IMG/VR virus record: IMGVR_UViG_3300045978_000522
Coordinates: 1-53,816 of that record
DNA length: 53,816 nt
Strand: one strand, 5' to 3'
Source of the DNA: a virus
Lineage: Duplodnaviria; Caudoviricetes
Positions 36,451-46,207 of the stretch are shown here, piece after piece; position 1 is the stretch's first letter, and each line of letters begins with the position of its first letter. The notes below the pieces were generated by a model. It saw only the letters and a program-made list of their open reading frames with translations. It did not search any database and was not told the origin of the DNA. A program made the position numbers and the translations under genes.

Positions 36451-38621
36451 CGTGGGACCTCGCCCGGGTTGCCCGTGACCAGGCGCGGCGCCGGGCGCCA
36501 GGCCGGATAGGCGTGGCCGACACCGGGCGGGGCGCCGCCTACCGGACTCGCAGGAGGCTCGCCAAGGCCCGGAGGCGGGCGGAAGGGCATCGGCCCGTTC
36601 GGCCCGGCGATCGGGCCTCCTGGGGGCGGCGGGAGCCCCTCCAGGCCCAATCCGGCCATCCCCGGCGGGGGCGTGCCCGCCTGCGGCGGCGTGGCCGGCA
36701 CTGGCGGGGCTGGCGGGATGCCCATCGTCGCCAGCAGGTTCTGGGCCGCCTGCAGCTCCTCGGGCGAAGGCGCCTGGCCGGCCTTCATCAGGATCGCCAG
36801 CACCACCGGATTGGTCAGGTCCTCAGCGCCGCTGAAGCGGTAGCTGACGTTGGGCGGCTCGGGCGCAGAGGGCGGCGGCTGGCGAACCAGGCGGTCCGGG
36901 TCGAGCCCGGTCAGCTCGGTCACCTCGCGCGCCACCTGCTCGACGTCGATGAGGCCGGAGGTGGCCATGACGTTCATGTAGCGCAGCAGGCGCTGCGTGC
37001 GCTGCTCGGCGTCGAGGTGCACGCTGCTGTCGGGGCGCACGCCGAAGACCATCTGGTGATTGAGCTTGTGGCGGTCCCACTCAGCCAGGCGCGCGCGCTC
37101 CTCCTCGGTCAGGTACTGCTCGGCGGCGTCGCCGTGGAGAGCGAGCAGGCCGGCCATGACATCGACGATGCCGAGGTAGAAGTTGACGCAGCGCGCGCGC
37201 TCGTAGCCGATGCGCGTCTGGACGTTGCTCTGGACGATCTGGACCTCGCTCGCACTGCGCTCGCCGCTGTCGAGGGCGGAGGCGCCGGTATTCCACTGCT
37301 CGCGCAGATCGCTTTTGGCGACCTGGTCGAAGGTGTAGTCCTCGCGCGGGTAACTGGCGCGGGCCACTTCGCCAATCGCCTGGGAGCCCGAGCCCTGAAT
37401 GGGGAAAATCTGCTGCCAGTGCCCGCGCATCAAGGCGTCCTGGACCGCCGGGTCGACGCGATTGACGTCGTACCAGCGCACCGGCAGGCTGTAGCTGCGC
37501 TGCTGGATCATCTGGCTACGGCTGCGGTTCAGCTCGTCGACCTGGGGGCGGCCAATGGCGCTGTCGCTCGGCGGGATGGCGTGATCGGAGACGTAGGTGA
37601 GCGTCAGGAAGCGCAGCGGATAGCGCTCCGAGCCCAGGTAGCTACGCGTCGCCTCGTCGTAGCGCTGGCCCTCCCAAGGCTGGTCAATGACCGGGTCGTC
37701 CTGGCCGTGCGCGAAGACCAGATGGTGAATGGCGCAGTAGCTGCGCTCCTCAGGGTGGTAACAGGCGCGCCGGTAGAAAACCTCGTCGAAGCAGACCTCC
37801 TCGTCATCGCTTCTGGCGCCGCTCTCGACGTCGTAGGCCACGCGATCCTGGCTGGTGCTCTCCTGCCCCACCAGCTGGCGCTTCTGCTCCGGATGCAAGC
37901 GAAAGCGCACCGCGGCTTCGGCCCACGGCAGCGAGCCGCTGCGGCCCACCCAGGGGGCGTCGTCGAAATCGGAGCCGACGAAGGCGGCGGGCCAGAGCGC
38001 CTGAGCCGGCGAGAGGCGCGAGACGGTGTAGCGGGCGTCGCTGACGCGCGTGACGGGCTGCGGCGGCAGCGCCTGCCCCGGCGCCAGGAAGGCGAGCAGC
38101 ATCGGGTCGGTGACCGGCATGAGCACGGTCTCGGTGCGGGCTTCATAGGCGACGAGCACCACGCCAATGCCAGCCGCGTTGATGACGTCGGGCAGCACTT
38201 CGTCCATGGCGACGGCGACGCGCGCCTTCTCCAGCGTGCGATTGAGCAGGGCGCTGTAGACGGGAACGGCCGCCTTGACCTGCTCGATTCGGGGGTGCAG
38301 GACCAGCTCGGGCTTCTGCGAAAAGAGCTGGGCCTGCTTGTTCTTGGTCAGGGTCCAGTCGAGATTGACGGCAATGCGGTCCTCGTCCGAGGCGGTCTCG
38401 AAGGGCTTGCCGTAGCGGTACTCGACATTCACGCGCCAGTCGCTGAGAAACTCGCGCCTGAGGCGCTTGCTCTCGCTGATGCGGCCCCGCCAGCGCGCCA
38501 GGCGCCCGGAATCGTCCGAGCCCTCGGGCAGGACGGGGCCGCCGCTGCCGCCGCCCGCGACAGCGACTGGCGCCATGCCCTCAGGCAGTGGCGCCGGCAA
38601 CAGGTCAGGGAGTCCGCTCAC
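36447..38621 (-). CDS. Portal protein
   Basis: 724 aa; RSASEVQI motif; Pro-rich C-terminus; gene position. Confidence 0.8.
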   Translation of the reverse strand: MSGLPDLLPAPLPEGMAPVAVAGGGSGGPVLPEGSDDSGRLARWRGRISESKRLRREFLSDWRVNVEYRYGKPFETASDEDRIAVNLDWTLTKNKQAQLFSQKPELVLHPRIEQVKAAVPVYSALLNRTLEKARVAVAMDEVLPDVINAAGIGVVLVAYEARTETVLMPVTDPMLLAFLAPGQALPPQPVTRVSDARYTVSRLSPAQALWPAAFVGSDFDDAPWVGRSGSLPWAEAAVRFRLHPEQKRQLVGQESTSQDRVAYDVESGARSDDEEVCFDEVFYRRACYHPEERSYCAIHHLVFAHGQDDPVIDQPWEGQRYDEATRSYLGSERYPLRFLTLTYVSDHAIPPSDSAIGRPQVDELNRSRSQMIQQRSYSLPVRWYDVNRVDPAVQDALMRGHWQQIFPIQGSGSQAIGEVARASYPREDYTFDQVAKSDLREQWNTGASALDSGERSASEVQIVQSNVQTRIGYERARCVNFYLGIVDVMAGLLALHGDAAEQYLTEEERARLAEWDRHKLNHQMVFGVRPDSSVHLDAEQRTQRLLRYMNVMATSGLIDVEQVAREVTELTGLDPDRLVRQPPPSAPEPPNVSYRFSGAEDLTNPVVLAILMKAGQAPSPEELQAAQNLLATMGIPPAPPVPATPPQAGTPPPGMAGLGLEGLPPPPGGPIAGPNGPMPFRPPPGLGEPPASPVGGAPPGVGHAYPAWRPAPRLVTGNPGEVPR

Positions 38622-38630
38622 GACTCGGGC

Positions 38631-39353
38631 CTAGCGCAGCTCCCGGGTCGAGGCTGGCCGCCGCTTCGGCTGCGCGATCGTGTCGCCCGGGCGACCCGCC
38701 GCCAACAGGTCGATCGCCGAGGCATGCAGCGCCTGCTGCGGCGCAGGCGACTCGTCGTCCTCGGGCGGCGTGTCCTCGCTCTCCTCGGCCGCCGCTTCGT
38801 CAGCCGAGGTGCCCGTCGTCTCCGGGTACTCGAAGGGCGTGTCGTCTCTGCCCGGGATCGCCGGCTGCACACGCTGCCGCGGGCTCGGAGCCTCCTTCTT
38901 CGGGAGCACCATCGACTTGAGCGGGTCGTCCGTTGCCTGGCCGGCCAGGAGCACCCCGGGATCGGCCAGGCCCAGGCTCACGGCGTCGACCAGGCAGCGC
39001 ATGAGCAGGGCGCGGAAGCTGCTGGCGTGCGCCGAGAGCGCGATGCGCTGGTCGGCCGTGGCCGAGCGGTAGAAGATGTGCAAGTCGGTGTCGGGACCGG
39101 CGTCCATCTCCTTGACGACGACCAGGCCGTCGAGGAATTTGCCGGGCACGAGCGCATTGGTCAGCCGGATCTCCTCCTCGGTGAGGAACATCTCGTCGAG
39201 GCGCCGGCCGTTCTGGAACGAGCGCCGCCGGAGCTTGGTGTGGACCTTGCCGTCGGGATGAAACGGCGTGCGCGCGACGTACTCGTCGGCGCCGATTTTG
39301 CGCGGCGGCTGGAGCGCGACGATCGCTTTCACGAGATCGGTAATGTCGGACAT
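38631..39353 (-). CDS. Hypothetical head-region protein
   Basis: AAAGGGG SD; acidic C-terminus. Confidence 0.7.
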   Translation of the reverse strand: MSDITDLVKAIVALQPPRKIGADEYVARTPFHPDGKVHTKLRRRSFQNGRRLDEMFLTEEEIRLTNALVPGKFLDGLVVVKEMDAGPDTDLHIFYRSATADQRIALSAHASSFRALLMRCLVDAVSLGLADPGVLLAGQATDDPLKSMVLPKKEAPSPRQRVQPAIPGRDDTPFEYPETTGTSADEAAAEESEDTPPEDDESPAPQQALHASAIDLLAAGRPGDTIAQPKRRPASTRELR

Positions 39354-39364
39354 CGCAGCCCCCT

Positions 39365-40303
39365 TTACGGCGTCTTGGTGAGCACGGCCAGACGCGACTT
39401 GTTGTTGGTGACGGCCTGCAGGGCGCTGTAAATCTTGGTGACGAAGGCGTTCTTGTCCGGTAGCTCGTTGGTCTCGCCGCGGTCGCGGAAGTACTGGCGC
39501 GAGCAGACCAGTTGGAACGACTTCGGGTTGAGGAAATAGATGCGGTCGCCGCCGTACTGGGAGAACACGTAGCGGGCCGTCTTGAAGGCGAGGACCTTGA
39601 AGCCCTTCTGGGCCTCGTCGGTGTCGATGTAGCGCTGCTGCGCCTGGAGGTTGGCCTCGAAGATGGCCTGGGGCGCGGCGCCGCTGACGACCATCTTGGG
39701 CGCGAGGCTGGCGCCACTGCCCTTGCTGGCGGCGTTGAAGGCGGTCGTCATCGCCGCTTCGATGTTGGTGCCGTCGGTGTAGGTGCCGGTGTAGTTGCGC
39801 CAGAAGGTTTCGGTGTTGGCGTCGATGCCACCGACCACGCCCAGGCCCGTGTCCGGCACCAGCGTCTGGAGCCCCAGGAAGCCGTTGGTCGCCGTGGTGA
39901 AGAGCGCCTCCTCGATGGCGTCGTCGTGCGCGTTGATGGCGTTCTCCATCAGCGAGCGGACGAGCGGCACCTTCTGGTTCTCGGTCGGGTTTTTGGCGTC
40001 GTCGCCCTTGCTCCAGACGATGGGGACGCTCAGTTCCGCCGGGTTGAAAGTGGCGGCGGTCAGGACGTCGGTCTTGGCGAGGCTGACCGCGTCCATGTCG
40101 GTGGCGAGGAAGGCGGTGCCCGGGTTGGGGCGCCAGTCGAGCGGGCATTCGATGACCGGGCCGAGCGAGAGCCGGATGATCGCGTTCATGCGCTCGCACT
40201 CGCGCATGAAGGCGGATTCGTTCCACTGGTTCGCCGCCCGGCGCATCTCGGCGAGCACAGCGTTGTAGCTGGCTGCCACGATCTGGCTGATGCTGAGGGC
40301 CAT
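39365..40303 (-). CDS. Major capsid protein
   Basis: 312 aa; FLGLQTLV, VGGIDANTETFWRN, IYFLNP; follows scaffold gene. Confidence 0.85.
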   Translation of the reverse strand: MALSISQIVAASYNAVLAEMRRAANQWNESAFMRECERMNAIIRLSLGPVIECPLDWRPNPGTAFLATDMDAVSLAKTDVLTAATFNPAELSVPIVWSKGDDAKNPTENQKVPLVRSLMENAINAHDDAIEEALFTTATNGFLGLQTLVPDTGLGVVGGIDANTETFWRNYTGTYTDGTNIEAAMTTAFNAASKGSGASLAPKMVVSGAAPQAIFEANLQAQQRYIDTDEAQKGFKVLAFKTARYVFSQYGGDRIYFLNPKSFQLVCSRQYFRDRGETNELPDKNAFVTKIYSALQAVTNNKSRLAVLTKTP

Positions 40304-40446
40304 GGGTCACACCTGCGGCTGGGTGCTGCCAGGTGGTGACGCCGGAGCAGCGACGCGGCGTGCTTAGGGAGTGGCCGTGACCCGGGCCGGGGAATCCAGA
40401 GATGTCGTGCCGATCAGAACGCTCGGCACCGGCGAGATGGCGCGGC

Positions 40447-40455
40447 AGTGTAGCA
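40447..40455 (-). promoter_or_regulatory. Extended -10 (TGCTACACT) for the capsid operon
   Basis: Identical to 1816-1824; overlaps a divergent TAGCAT on the + strand. Confidence 0.5.
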
Positions 40456-40464
40456 TACCCGCCT

Positions 40465-40800
40465 ATGACCAAGCTCGATGCCGACCTCAGCGCGCTCCAC
40501 AAGACGCTCAGCGACGATCCGGCGCTGCGGCACTTCGCCGAGGTCGTCCAGCTGGCGCGGCTGGCGCTTGACGAGCACGCTGCCAGCGCCGGGGAGGGCT
40601 ATACGAGCACCGGCGGCTTTACCGAGACCCTGACCCTGCCCGAGTCGCTGCCCGTGTACCTACAGGTGGTCATCGTGGCGGGGCTCGACGAGCCGGCGCC
40701 CGATCCGCTGCTGGCACGCCGGGCCGATCAGGTGGTCGAGGCGCTGGAGCGCGACTTCAGCGCGCAAATCCAACTTCTGCGCGCCGTGCTCGACGCCTAG
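40465..40800 (+). CDS. Hypothetical protein antisense to the head operon
   Basis: 111 aa, protein-like composition. Confidence 0.6.
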   Translation: MTKLDADLSALHKTLSDDPALRHFAEVVQLARLALDEHAASAGEGYTSTGGFTETLTLPESLPVYLQVVIVAGLDEPAPDPLLARRADQVVEALERDFSAQIQLLRAVLDA

Positions 40801-40957
40801 CCCGGACGTGTTGCCGGTTGGCTGGGTGAGCCCCGCGGCTGCGGCGCGGTGGCTTGCTGGGCGGCAATAACACACGAGCGCCACCCGCTCATAGACACGG
40901 ATGACGCTCTGTGACTCCTTTCCTCGGCACCCCACACGCGCGACTGGCCCACCCCGC

Positions 40958-41095
40958 CTACCCAACCGGCAGCACGTCGAGGAGCTGCGCAATGGCCAGC
41001 AGCACAACCGCGATCCAGAGCGGCGCCTTGCCTATGCCGGCGGCCACGCTGACGACAAAGGCCGCGAGCAGCACCACGATACGGACGGTCAGCAT
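40958..41095 (-). CDS. Small two-TM protein (holin candidate)
   Basis: GAGGAGGAG SD; two hydrophobic helices. Confidence 0.55.
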   Translation of the reverse strand: MLTVRIVVLLAAFVVSVAAGIGKAPLWIAVVLLAIAQLLDVLPVG

Positions 41096-41105
41096 GGGCT
41101 CCTCC

Positions 41106-42071
41106 TCAGCGCGTGGGTTGCGCGCGAATGGCGGCATAGATGACATCGTCGAGCGAGCGCGGGGCGCCGCCGGTGCCGGTCGCGCCCGCCGTTGGCGCAG
41201 CGGTGCTCGTCGGCGCCGTCTGCAGCTCCTTGAGCACCTCGGCGCGCAGTTGGTCGCGCTGGAGCGCCAGCCTGGGCAGTACCACTTGGCGGTAGGCGGC
41301 TTCGAGCGTCAGCTGCGAGTGCTGGCCGCGCGCCCGGGCGTCGGCGCTGTCTTTCTTGAGCGCCTCCAGGATGTCCGGGGCGTACTTGTCGAAGAGCGGC
41401 CAGGTCATGGCGTCAGCAAGCTGGGCATTCACGCGCTGGCCCGCGTCGGCGAGGATCTGCTGCTCGCGGTGGCGGTCTTCGAGCGGCTGGTAGCGCTGCT
41501 GCAGACGCGCCTCCAGATGACCGGCCTGCCAGTCGAGCAGCTTCTCAAGCCCCTGCGGCGAATAGGTTCTGTAGCCGTTGCCCAGGTCGAGGTCGGGCTC
41601 GGGGCGCCCGTCGCCTGGCGGCTGACCGTTGCCGGCAGCGGGCGACGCGCTCTGGAACTGCCCGTAGGCCGGATTGACCTGCTGCAGCATCTGGAGGAAG
41701 CGCGCCGGGTCACTGCGCATGATGTCGCCGAGGGCGTCCATCTGCTGCAGGCGGGCCTCCAAGGCGCGCTGCGTTTCGGTCGCCTTGCCGCGCTCGGTGT
41801 CGAAATCCTTGTGCAGCTTCCTGCGGGCGTTCTCGACAATCGCGCGCACCCGCGAGTACGGAATGCGGTTCTCGCGCTGCCCGGGCTGGAGCGGCGCCTG
41901 CGAGTCGAGCCCGAAGGTCTTGTAGTCGTCGTCGCTGAAGCCGGAGGCGGGCGCCGCGGGCGCAGGCGCCGCGTCGCCTGGCGCCGGGTCGGCGACGGGA
42001 GCCGGATCGGACGCCGCGCTCTGGGCGTCGGCGACGGAATCGGCCACGACGGTATCGAGATCATCAGACAT
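41106..42071 (-). CDS. Capsid scaffolding protein
   Basis: Acidic N-terminus, IPYSRV motif, coiled coil. Confidence 0.75.
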   Translation of the reverse strand: MSDDLDTVVADSVADAQSAASDPAPVADPAPGDAAPAPAAPASGFSDDDYKTFGLDSQAPLQPGQRENRIPYSRVRAIVENARRKLHKDFDTERGKATETQRALEARLQQMDALGDIMRSDPARFLQMLQQVNPAYGQFQSASPAAGNGQPPGDGRPEPDLDLGNGYRTYSPQGLEKLLDWQAGHLEARLQQRYQPLEDRHREQQILADAGQRVNAQLADAMTWPLFDKYAPDILEALKKDSADARARGQHSQLTLEAAYRQVVLPRLALQRDQLRAEVLKELQTAPTSTAAPTAGATGTGGAPRSLDDVIYAAIRAQPTR

Positions 42072-42077
42072 GGTGCC

Positions 42078-43607
42078 TCACCGCGAAGAAGGCCGCCGCA
42101 CGCCGTCACGCCCCAGCAGCCGCGACCTGCGCCGGGGCTGCATCCACTTGCGGCGGCGCATCGGCGCCACCGGCTGGGTGACGGGCACGTGGCTCATGAG
42201 GAAGTAGGCGAGCGCGACCACCGCGTGATCGATCCGGCTGCGCGCCAGTGCGCGCGGGCGGACGGCGTCGTACTGCATGCGCGGGATCGTGCGAATCAGG
42301 TAGGGGCAGCCCGTGAGCGGGGGACCGTAGTTGCCGGGCCGCAGGATCTGGAGACGCGGTTGCCCGGTCGAGGTCGTCTCGTGCAGCGCCGACTGCACGG
42401 CGTGGGCGAAATGTTCGCGGTTGTTGACCGAGCACTCCAGCGGCAGGCCTTCGCGCTCCATGGTTTCCCGGATGGTCTGGATCTGGCCGTGCTGAATGTC
42501 GATCGAGGGGTCGCAGTAGGTGGTGACGATGGGCAGATCGCCCGTCTCCTGCAGGATCTCGCGCGCGATGTGCTTGGCGATGGTGCGGTGCCAGAGCTGC
42601 TCGCGGAAGACGAGGATCTGGTGGCCGATGACCGCGATCCACAGGCACACCGCCGGGTCGGGGTCGAAGCCGTGGTCGTAGGCGCGGTAGAGGCGGACCC
42701 AGGGCTCGTGGAGAATGGTTCTGAGGCCCGGGGTCAGCGCCTGGGGGACTTCGGTGACAACGTGGTGCGGCTGGCCGTTGCGCGTCGGCTCGAAATCGAG
42801 CAGGCCGCGCTCCTGGGTGCGCTCGCCCTCGAGCCACGCCAGGCGCACGTGCGCCGGTAGCCCCGCAAACCGCTTGCGGTATTGTTGGAGGTCCAAGTGC
42901 GGGTTGTCGGCCTGGGTGACGTGGATATGCCGCCAGTCCGCCGGGTCGTAGTCCGGGTCGTCCTTGGGCTCGACGTCCTTGTCGACGAAGTACTTCCAGA
43001 TCTCGTCGACCGAGCCGCCGAGCGGGTTGGTCGTCAGGCGCAGCATCGCAATCAGCTTGAGCGTGGCCGGCACGCGCACCGAGGCGGCCAGGCGCGTGAT
43101 CACTTCCCAGGGGAAGGTGGTCGCCTCGTCGATGCCCATCCAGTAGAACTGGGCGGAGAGGAGGTTTTCGACGTCCAGCTCCGACTGGCAGTGGTAGTAG
43201 TAACCGCGGGAGCCGTTGGGATAGAGCGCCAGGTGCTCGCCGACCCGGTACTCGCCACCAAGCGCGCGCATCTCGGCGTCAATGAACACCAGATGGCTCT
43301 TGAGCAGTTCCGGCATCGTGCGCCGGAGGATCACGTAGAGGAAATTCGGCGTGAGCATCGCGCGCAGATGCGCGTCGAATCTCAGGGCGATAGACTTTCC
43401 TGACCCTCGGCTGCCTTCGAGCAGCACGTTGGGCTCAATGGCGCCGTGGAACTCCCGGGCCTTCGGCGTCGGCTTGTAGAGGATCGAGACCTCGCCGTTG
43501 GCGTTCCGGATGAGCACGGCGCCTTCGCGATCCTCGGGCCGGTGGAGCGGAAGCGCCGTGGGCGGCGGAGCCGAATCGAGGACCAGCTCGGCGCGCGAGA
43601 GGCTCAC
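42078..43607 (-). CDS. terL: Terminase large subunit
   Basis: GSRGSGKS, ILRRT, GIDEA, TTNP, DNPHL, YDHG, IDHAV. Confidence 0.92.
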   Translation of the reverse strand: MSLSRAELVLDSAPPPTALPLHRPEDREGAVLIRNANGEVSILYKPTPKAREFHGAIEPNVLLEGSRGSGKSIALRFDAHLRAMLTPNFLYVILRRTMPELLKSHLVFIDAEMRALGGEYRVGEHLALYPNGSRGYYYHCQSELDVENLLSAQFYWMGIDEATTFPWEVITRLAASVRVPATLKLIAMLRLTTNPLGGSVDEIWKYFVDKDVEPKDDPDYDPADWRHIHVTQADNPHLDLQQYRKRFAGLPAHVRLAWLEGERTQERGLLDFEPTRNGQPHHVVTEVPQALTPGLRTILHEPWVRLYRAYDHGFDPDPAVCLWIAVIGHQILVFREQLWHRTIAKHIAREILQETGDLPIVTTYCDPSIDIQHGQIQTIRETMEREGLPLECSVNNREHFAHAVQSALHETTSTGQPRLQILRPGNYGPPLTGCPYLIRTIPRMQYDAVRPRALARSRIDHAVVALAYFLMSHVPVTQPVAPMRRRKWMQPRRRSRLLGRDGVRRPSSR

Positions 43608-44026
43608 GGCTCCTCCAGCTCCGGCAGTGCCACGGTCTCGATCGCCGGCTCCGCCGAAAGCGGGGCGGCCGGAAGTGGGCCCGAGGTCGGGGCGGGCGCC
43701 TGGATCAGCCCGCCGAGCGCGAAGCCGATCTGGACCGACGGGATCCCGCCCGGGTCGGTCAGCGCGACGGCGTGCGGTACCGGGCCAGCCGTGCGGTCGA
43801 GGATGGCCTTGACGGCCCCGAGCGCGACGCCCTCGTTGCGCGCCAGGAGCAGCATTTCGAGCCGCTCGACGGCCGGTACGGTGAGCCGATTGAGCTTGCG
43901 CTCGGCCTTGCGCAGCTCGCGCCCGTCGTGCTGGGCGCAGCGGGTCTTGCCCGGGCGTACCGAGCGCGCACAGGGCTCCCCGCCTAGAGTGCGGCCGGTG
44001 CAGCGAGGGCGCGGCTCAGCGTCCAT
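43604..44026 (-). CDS. Terminase small subunit candidate
   Basis: RCTGRT..GEPC...RCAQHDG; AVKAILDR; directly upstream of terL. Confidence 0.65.
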   Translation of the reverse strand: MDAEPRPRCTGRTLGGEPCARSVRPGKTRCAQHDGRELRKAERKLNRLTVPAVERLEMLLLARNEGVALGAVKAILDRTAGPVPHAVALTDPGGIPSVQIGFALGGLIQAPAPTSGPLPAAPLSAEPAIETVALPELEEP

Positions 44027-44288
44027 GGACCCCGGGGGCGGCCGGCGGCGGCGGCGAGAGCCGGCGCGTCTGCACGCGCGACCGGAAGGCGATCATCGCG
44101 ACGTGCGCCCGGTACAGCTCGACGTCCTCCTGGGGCGCGGCGAAGGTGATGGTCCAGCCGGTCTCGGTGACGGCCAGACGGTCCACACCATCGCGCAACG
44201 TGCAGCTGTACTTCTGGCCGGAGCCGAAGATGACGTCGCAGTCGGTGACGGGGAAGGACTCGATGGCCGGGTCGGAGACGACCGGCAT
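44016..44288 (-). CDS. Hypothetical protein
   Basis: 90 aa ORF. Confidence 0.55.
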   Translation of the reverse strand: MPVVSDPAIESFPVTDCDVIFGSGQKYSCTLRDGVDRLAVTETGWTITFAAPQEDVELYRAHVAMIAFRSRVQTRRLSPPPPAAPGVHGR

Positions 44289-44369
44289 CGAGGGCGCCAG
44301 GGTTCCCCGCAGGGTACCCGGCAGGCGAGCCGAGGGCACGCGGACTCCTTCCGCGACCCTCGGCCGGGG

Positions 44370-44378
44370 AGTCTAGCA
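44370..44378 (-). promoter_or_regulatory. Extended -10 (TGCTAGACT) for the packaging operon
   Basis: Intergenic TGnTAnnnT. Confidence 0.45.
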
Positions 44379-44428
44379 CAGGGCTAGGCGGTTCCCCTAA
44401 AACCACGACCGATTTGTCTGAATGCGCA

Positions 44429-45712
44429 TCACATCAGCGTCTGATGCAACACAAAGCGACCGCCCTCGCCCTCCACGATGCCGCCCGCAGCGCGTTCGCG
44501 CTGGAGGGCCTTCGTGAACGTCTCGTAACTCAGTGCTTGGCAGGAGGCGCGCAGCTCCTTCTTCGTCATGGGCTGCTCAGCCAGCGCCGCGCGCAGCTGA
44601 TCGCGTGCGGTCAGGGTCTGCTCATCGCTCGGTGCCTCCTGCGGGGCCCCCACCGACCGGACCTGCACCCGGGGCTCCTCTGTGACCAGCTGAATCACGC
44701 GGGGCGTCGAGTCTGGCGTCGCAAACGAGGTCTTTCGTTGCTGCATCACCAGACCGGCTATGCCTTCTCCGCTGTGCCCGGGCGAGCTGGCGATACCCCA
44801 CGTCTCCCGCGGCCGGTTGTGCCAGAAGACCGTCCCAAACGGCTTCTCCGCCGTCTGGGCGGCGTGTTTGGGGACGTGGGCCAGGTGCAACGAGCCCACG
44901 CCAAGCCGCCTGGCCAGCTTGAGGTACGCGATCGCGGTCTGCGGGTCCCCCACGTCACCCCCGCATGCCTCCGCCACCGAGTCAAAAATGACGAACAGAA
45001 TATTCCGTGCTCGAATCTCGGCGTTGAGGTACTCCCAGAGCTGCGCCAGCGGGGCGTCGCACTCGAAGTAATGCACCCCACGAGGCAGTTCGTCTCCAAA
45101 CAGTTGTTGCAGCCGCAGCCGATGGTTGCAGCCGTTCATTTCCCAGTCGCAGTAGAGCACCTCGAACCCCTGAACCGCGAGCTGGCCCGCGGCGTAGAGC
45201 GCTAGAAAACTTTTGCCGACGCCACCGTCGCCGAACCACAACGACACTTCGTCGAGCATGATCGGTGGGAGCGGATCGATGGGCCAGCGAATCGCGGGCC
45301 CCACGCACGGCAAATCAACCAGGCGCACGATCTCGTTCCGCTGCTTCAATTGCTGGGACACCCGGACGCAGAGTTGACTGAGCGCCAGGCCCCAGGCGCG
45401 TTCGCCCAGCGCGGCGCCCACCCTGACAAACCCGGCGACATCGTAGAGATCGAATAACGGGCTGTCGAGGGCGATGCTCTCGCCGCACCGGAGCGTTACA
45501 TGGCTGTACAGGTGCTTGTGCTCCCTACGCGGCTGCTGCGCCACCAATGTCAGGATCTGACCGCTGTGCGTGTCGTGCGCGACGAGGGTGTAGGTGCCCT
45601 CGTCGGTGACCTGGAGGGGTTGAAAAACGAGCTGCGTTGGATGTAGCATGCGCGCCGCTGAGCACGCGGCGTGCCCATGTGACGACACAATAAACCTATC
45701 TCGAAACGGCAT
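44429..45712 (-). CDS. RepA/DnaB-like SF4 helicase with probable C-terminal winged helix
   Basis: FGDGGVGKS, VLYCDWE, VIFDS, LAHVPK, PFGTVFW. Confidence 0.85.
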   Translation of the reverse strand: MPFRDRFIVSSHGHAACSAARMLHPTQLVFQPLQVTDEGTYTLVAHDTHSGQILTLVAQQPRREHKHLYSHVTLRCGESIALDSPLFDLYDVAGFVRVGAALGERAWGLALSQLCVRVSQQLKQRNEIVRLVDLPCVGPAIRWPIDPLPPIMLDEVSLWFGDGGVGKSFLALYAAGQLAVQGFEVLYCDWEMNGCNHRLRLQQLFGDELPRGVHYFECDAPLAQLWEYLNAEIRARNILFVIFDSVAEACGGDVGDPQTAIAYLKLARRLGVGSLHLAHVPKHAAQTAEKPFGTVFWHNRPRETWGIASSPGHSGEGIAGLVMQQRKTSFATPDSTPRVIQLVTEEPRVQVRSVGAPQEAPSDEQTLTARDQLRAALAEQPMTKKELRASCQALSYETFTKALQRERAAGGIVEGEGGRFVLHQTLM

Positions 45713-46014
45713 GCACCGCGCGCATGCAATTCCTGTTCAAGGGGGTTGAATGAAGGACAAGCCGCACAGCGCCCAGAGGTGGGTCTGTCCCTGCTGTGGG
45801 TGCTGGTACTTCAGCAATCAAGTGTACAGGGGCCGCTGCGGGGATCTCTCGCGCGGACAGCCGCGCCCGTGTGCGGGCATCCTCGTTCCTTAGCACGAGT
45901 CAGAGCTAACACCCAAGACACTACAGCCAAGGGTCAAGAGCTTAGAGCCAAGAGCCTAGAGCATTGGCTTAGAGTCTTCAGTATGGGGGTCGAGCGGCGC
46001 CTTAACCTTGGCGC

Positions 46015-46123
46015 GGACAGTGTCCGGACACCTCTCGCAAAATAATCAAAAAGAGGCCTGTTTTTGCTGGACAGGACAGTGCCTCCCTAGGTACACAAAA
46101 ACTGTCCGCTTGTCCGGGTGTCC
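46015..46123. repeat. Eight GGACA/TGTCC pentamers around an A-rich tract (candidate origin)
   Basis: Pentamers at 46015, 46021, 46026, 46069, 46074, 46103, 46111, 46119. Confidence 0.55.
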
Positions 46124-46207
46124 CTCTCCCCGTACCCCTCACCCCGGGCCGGCGTACCCCGGAGCCGGACCCGAGGAGTAAGTACAAAAAGCCTGGGACG
46201 TCCACGC

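Noticed and set aside
36318-39431. 1037-aa + strand ORF and other long antisense ORFs (e.g. 40911..42860, 12831..14531, 551..1804)
   Set aside because: Shadow ORFs of real genes, expected in high-GC DNA; no recognisable motifs.
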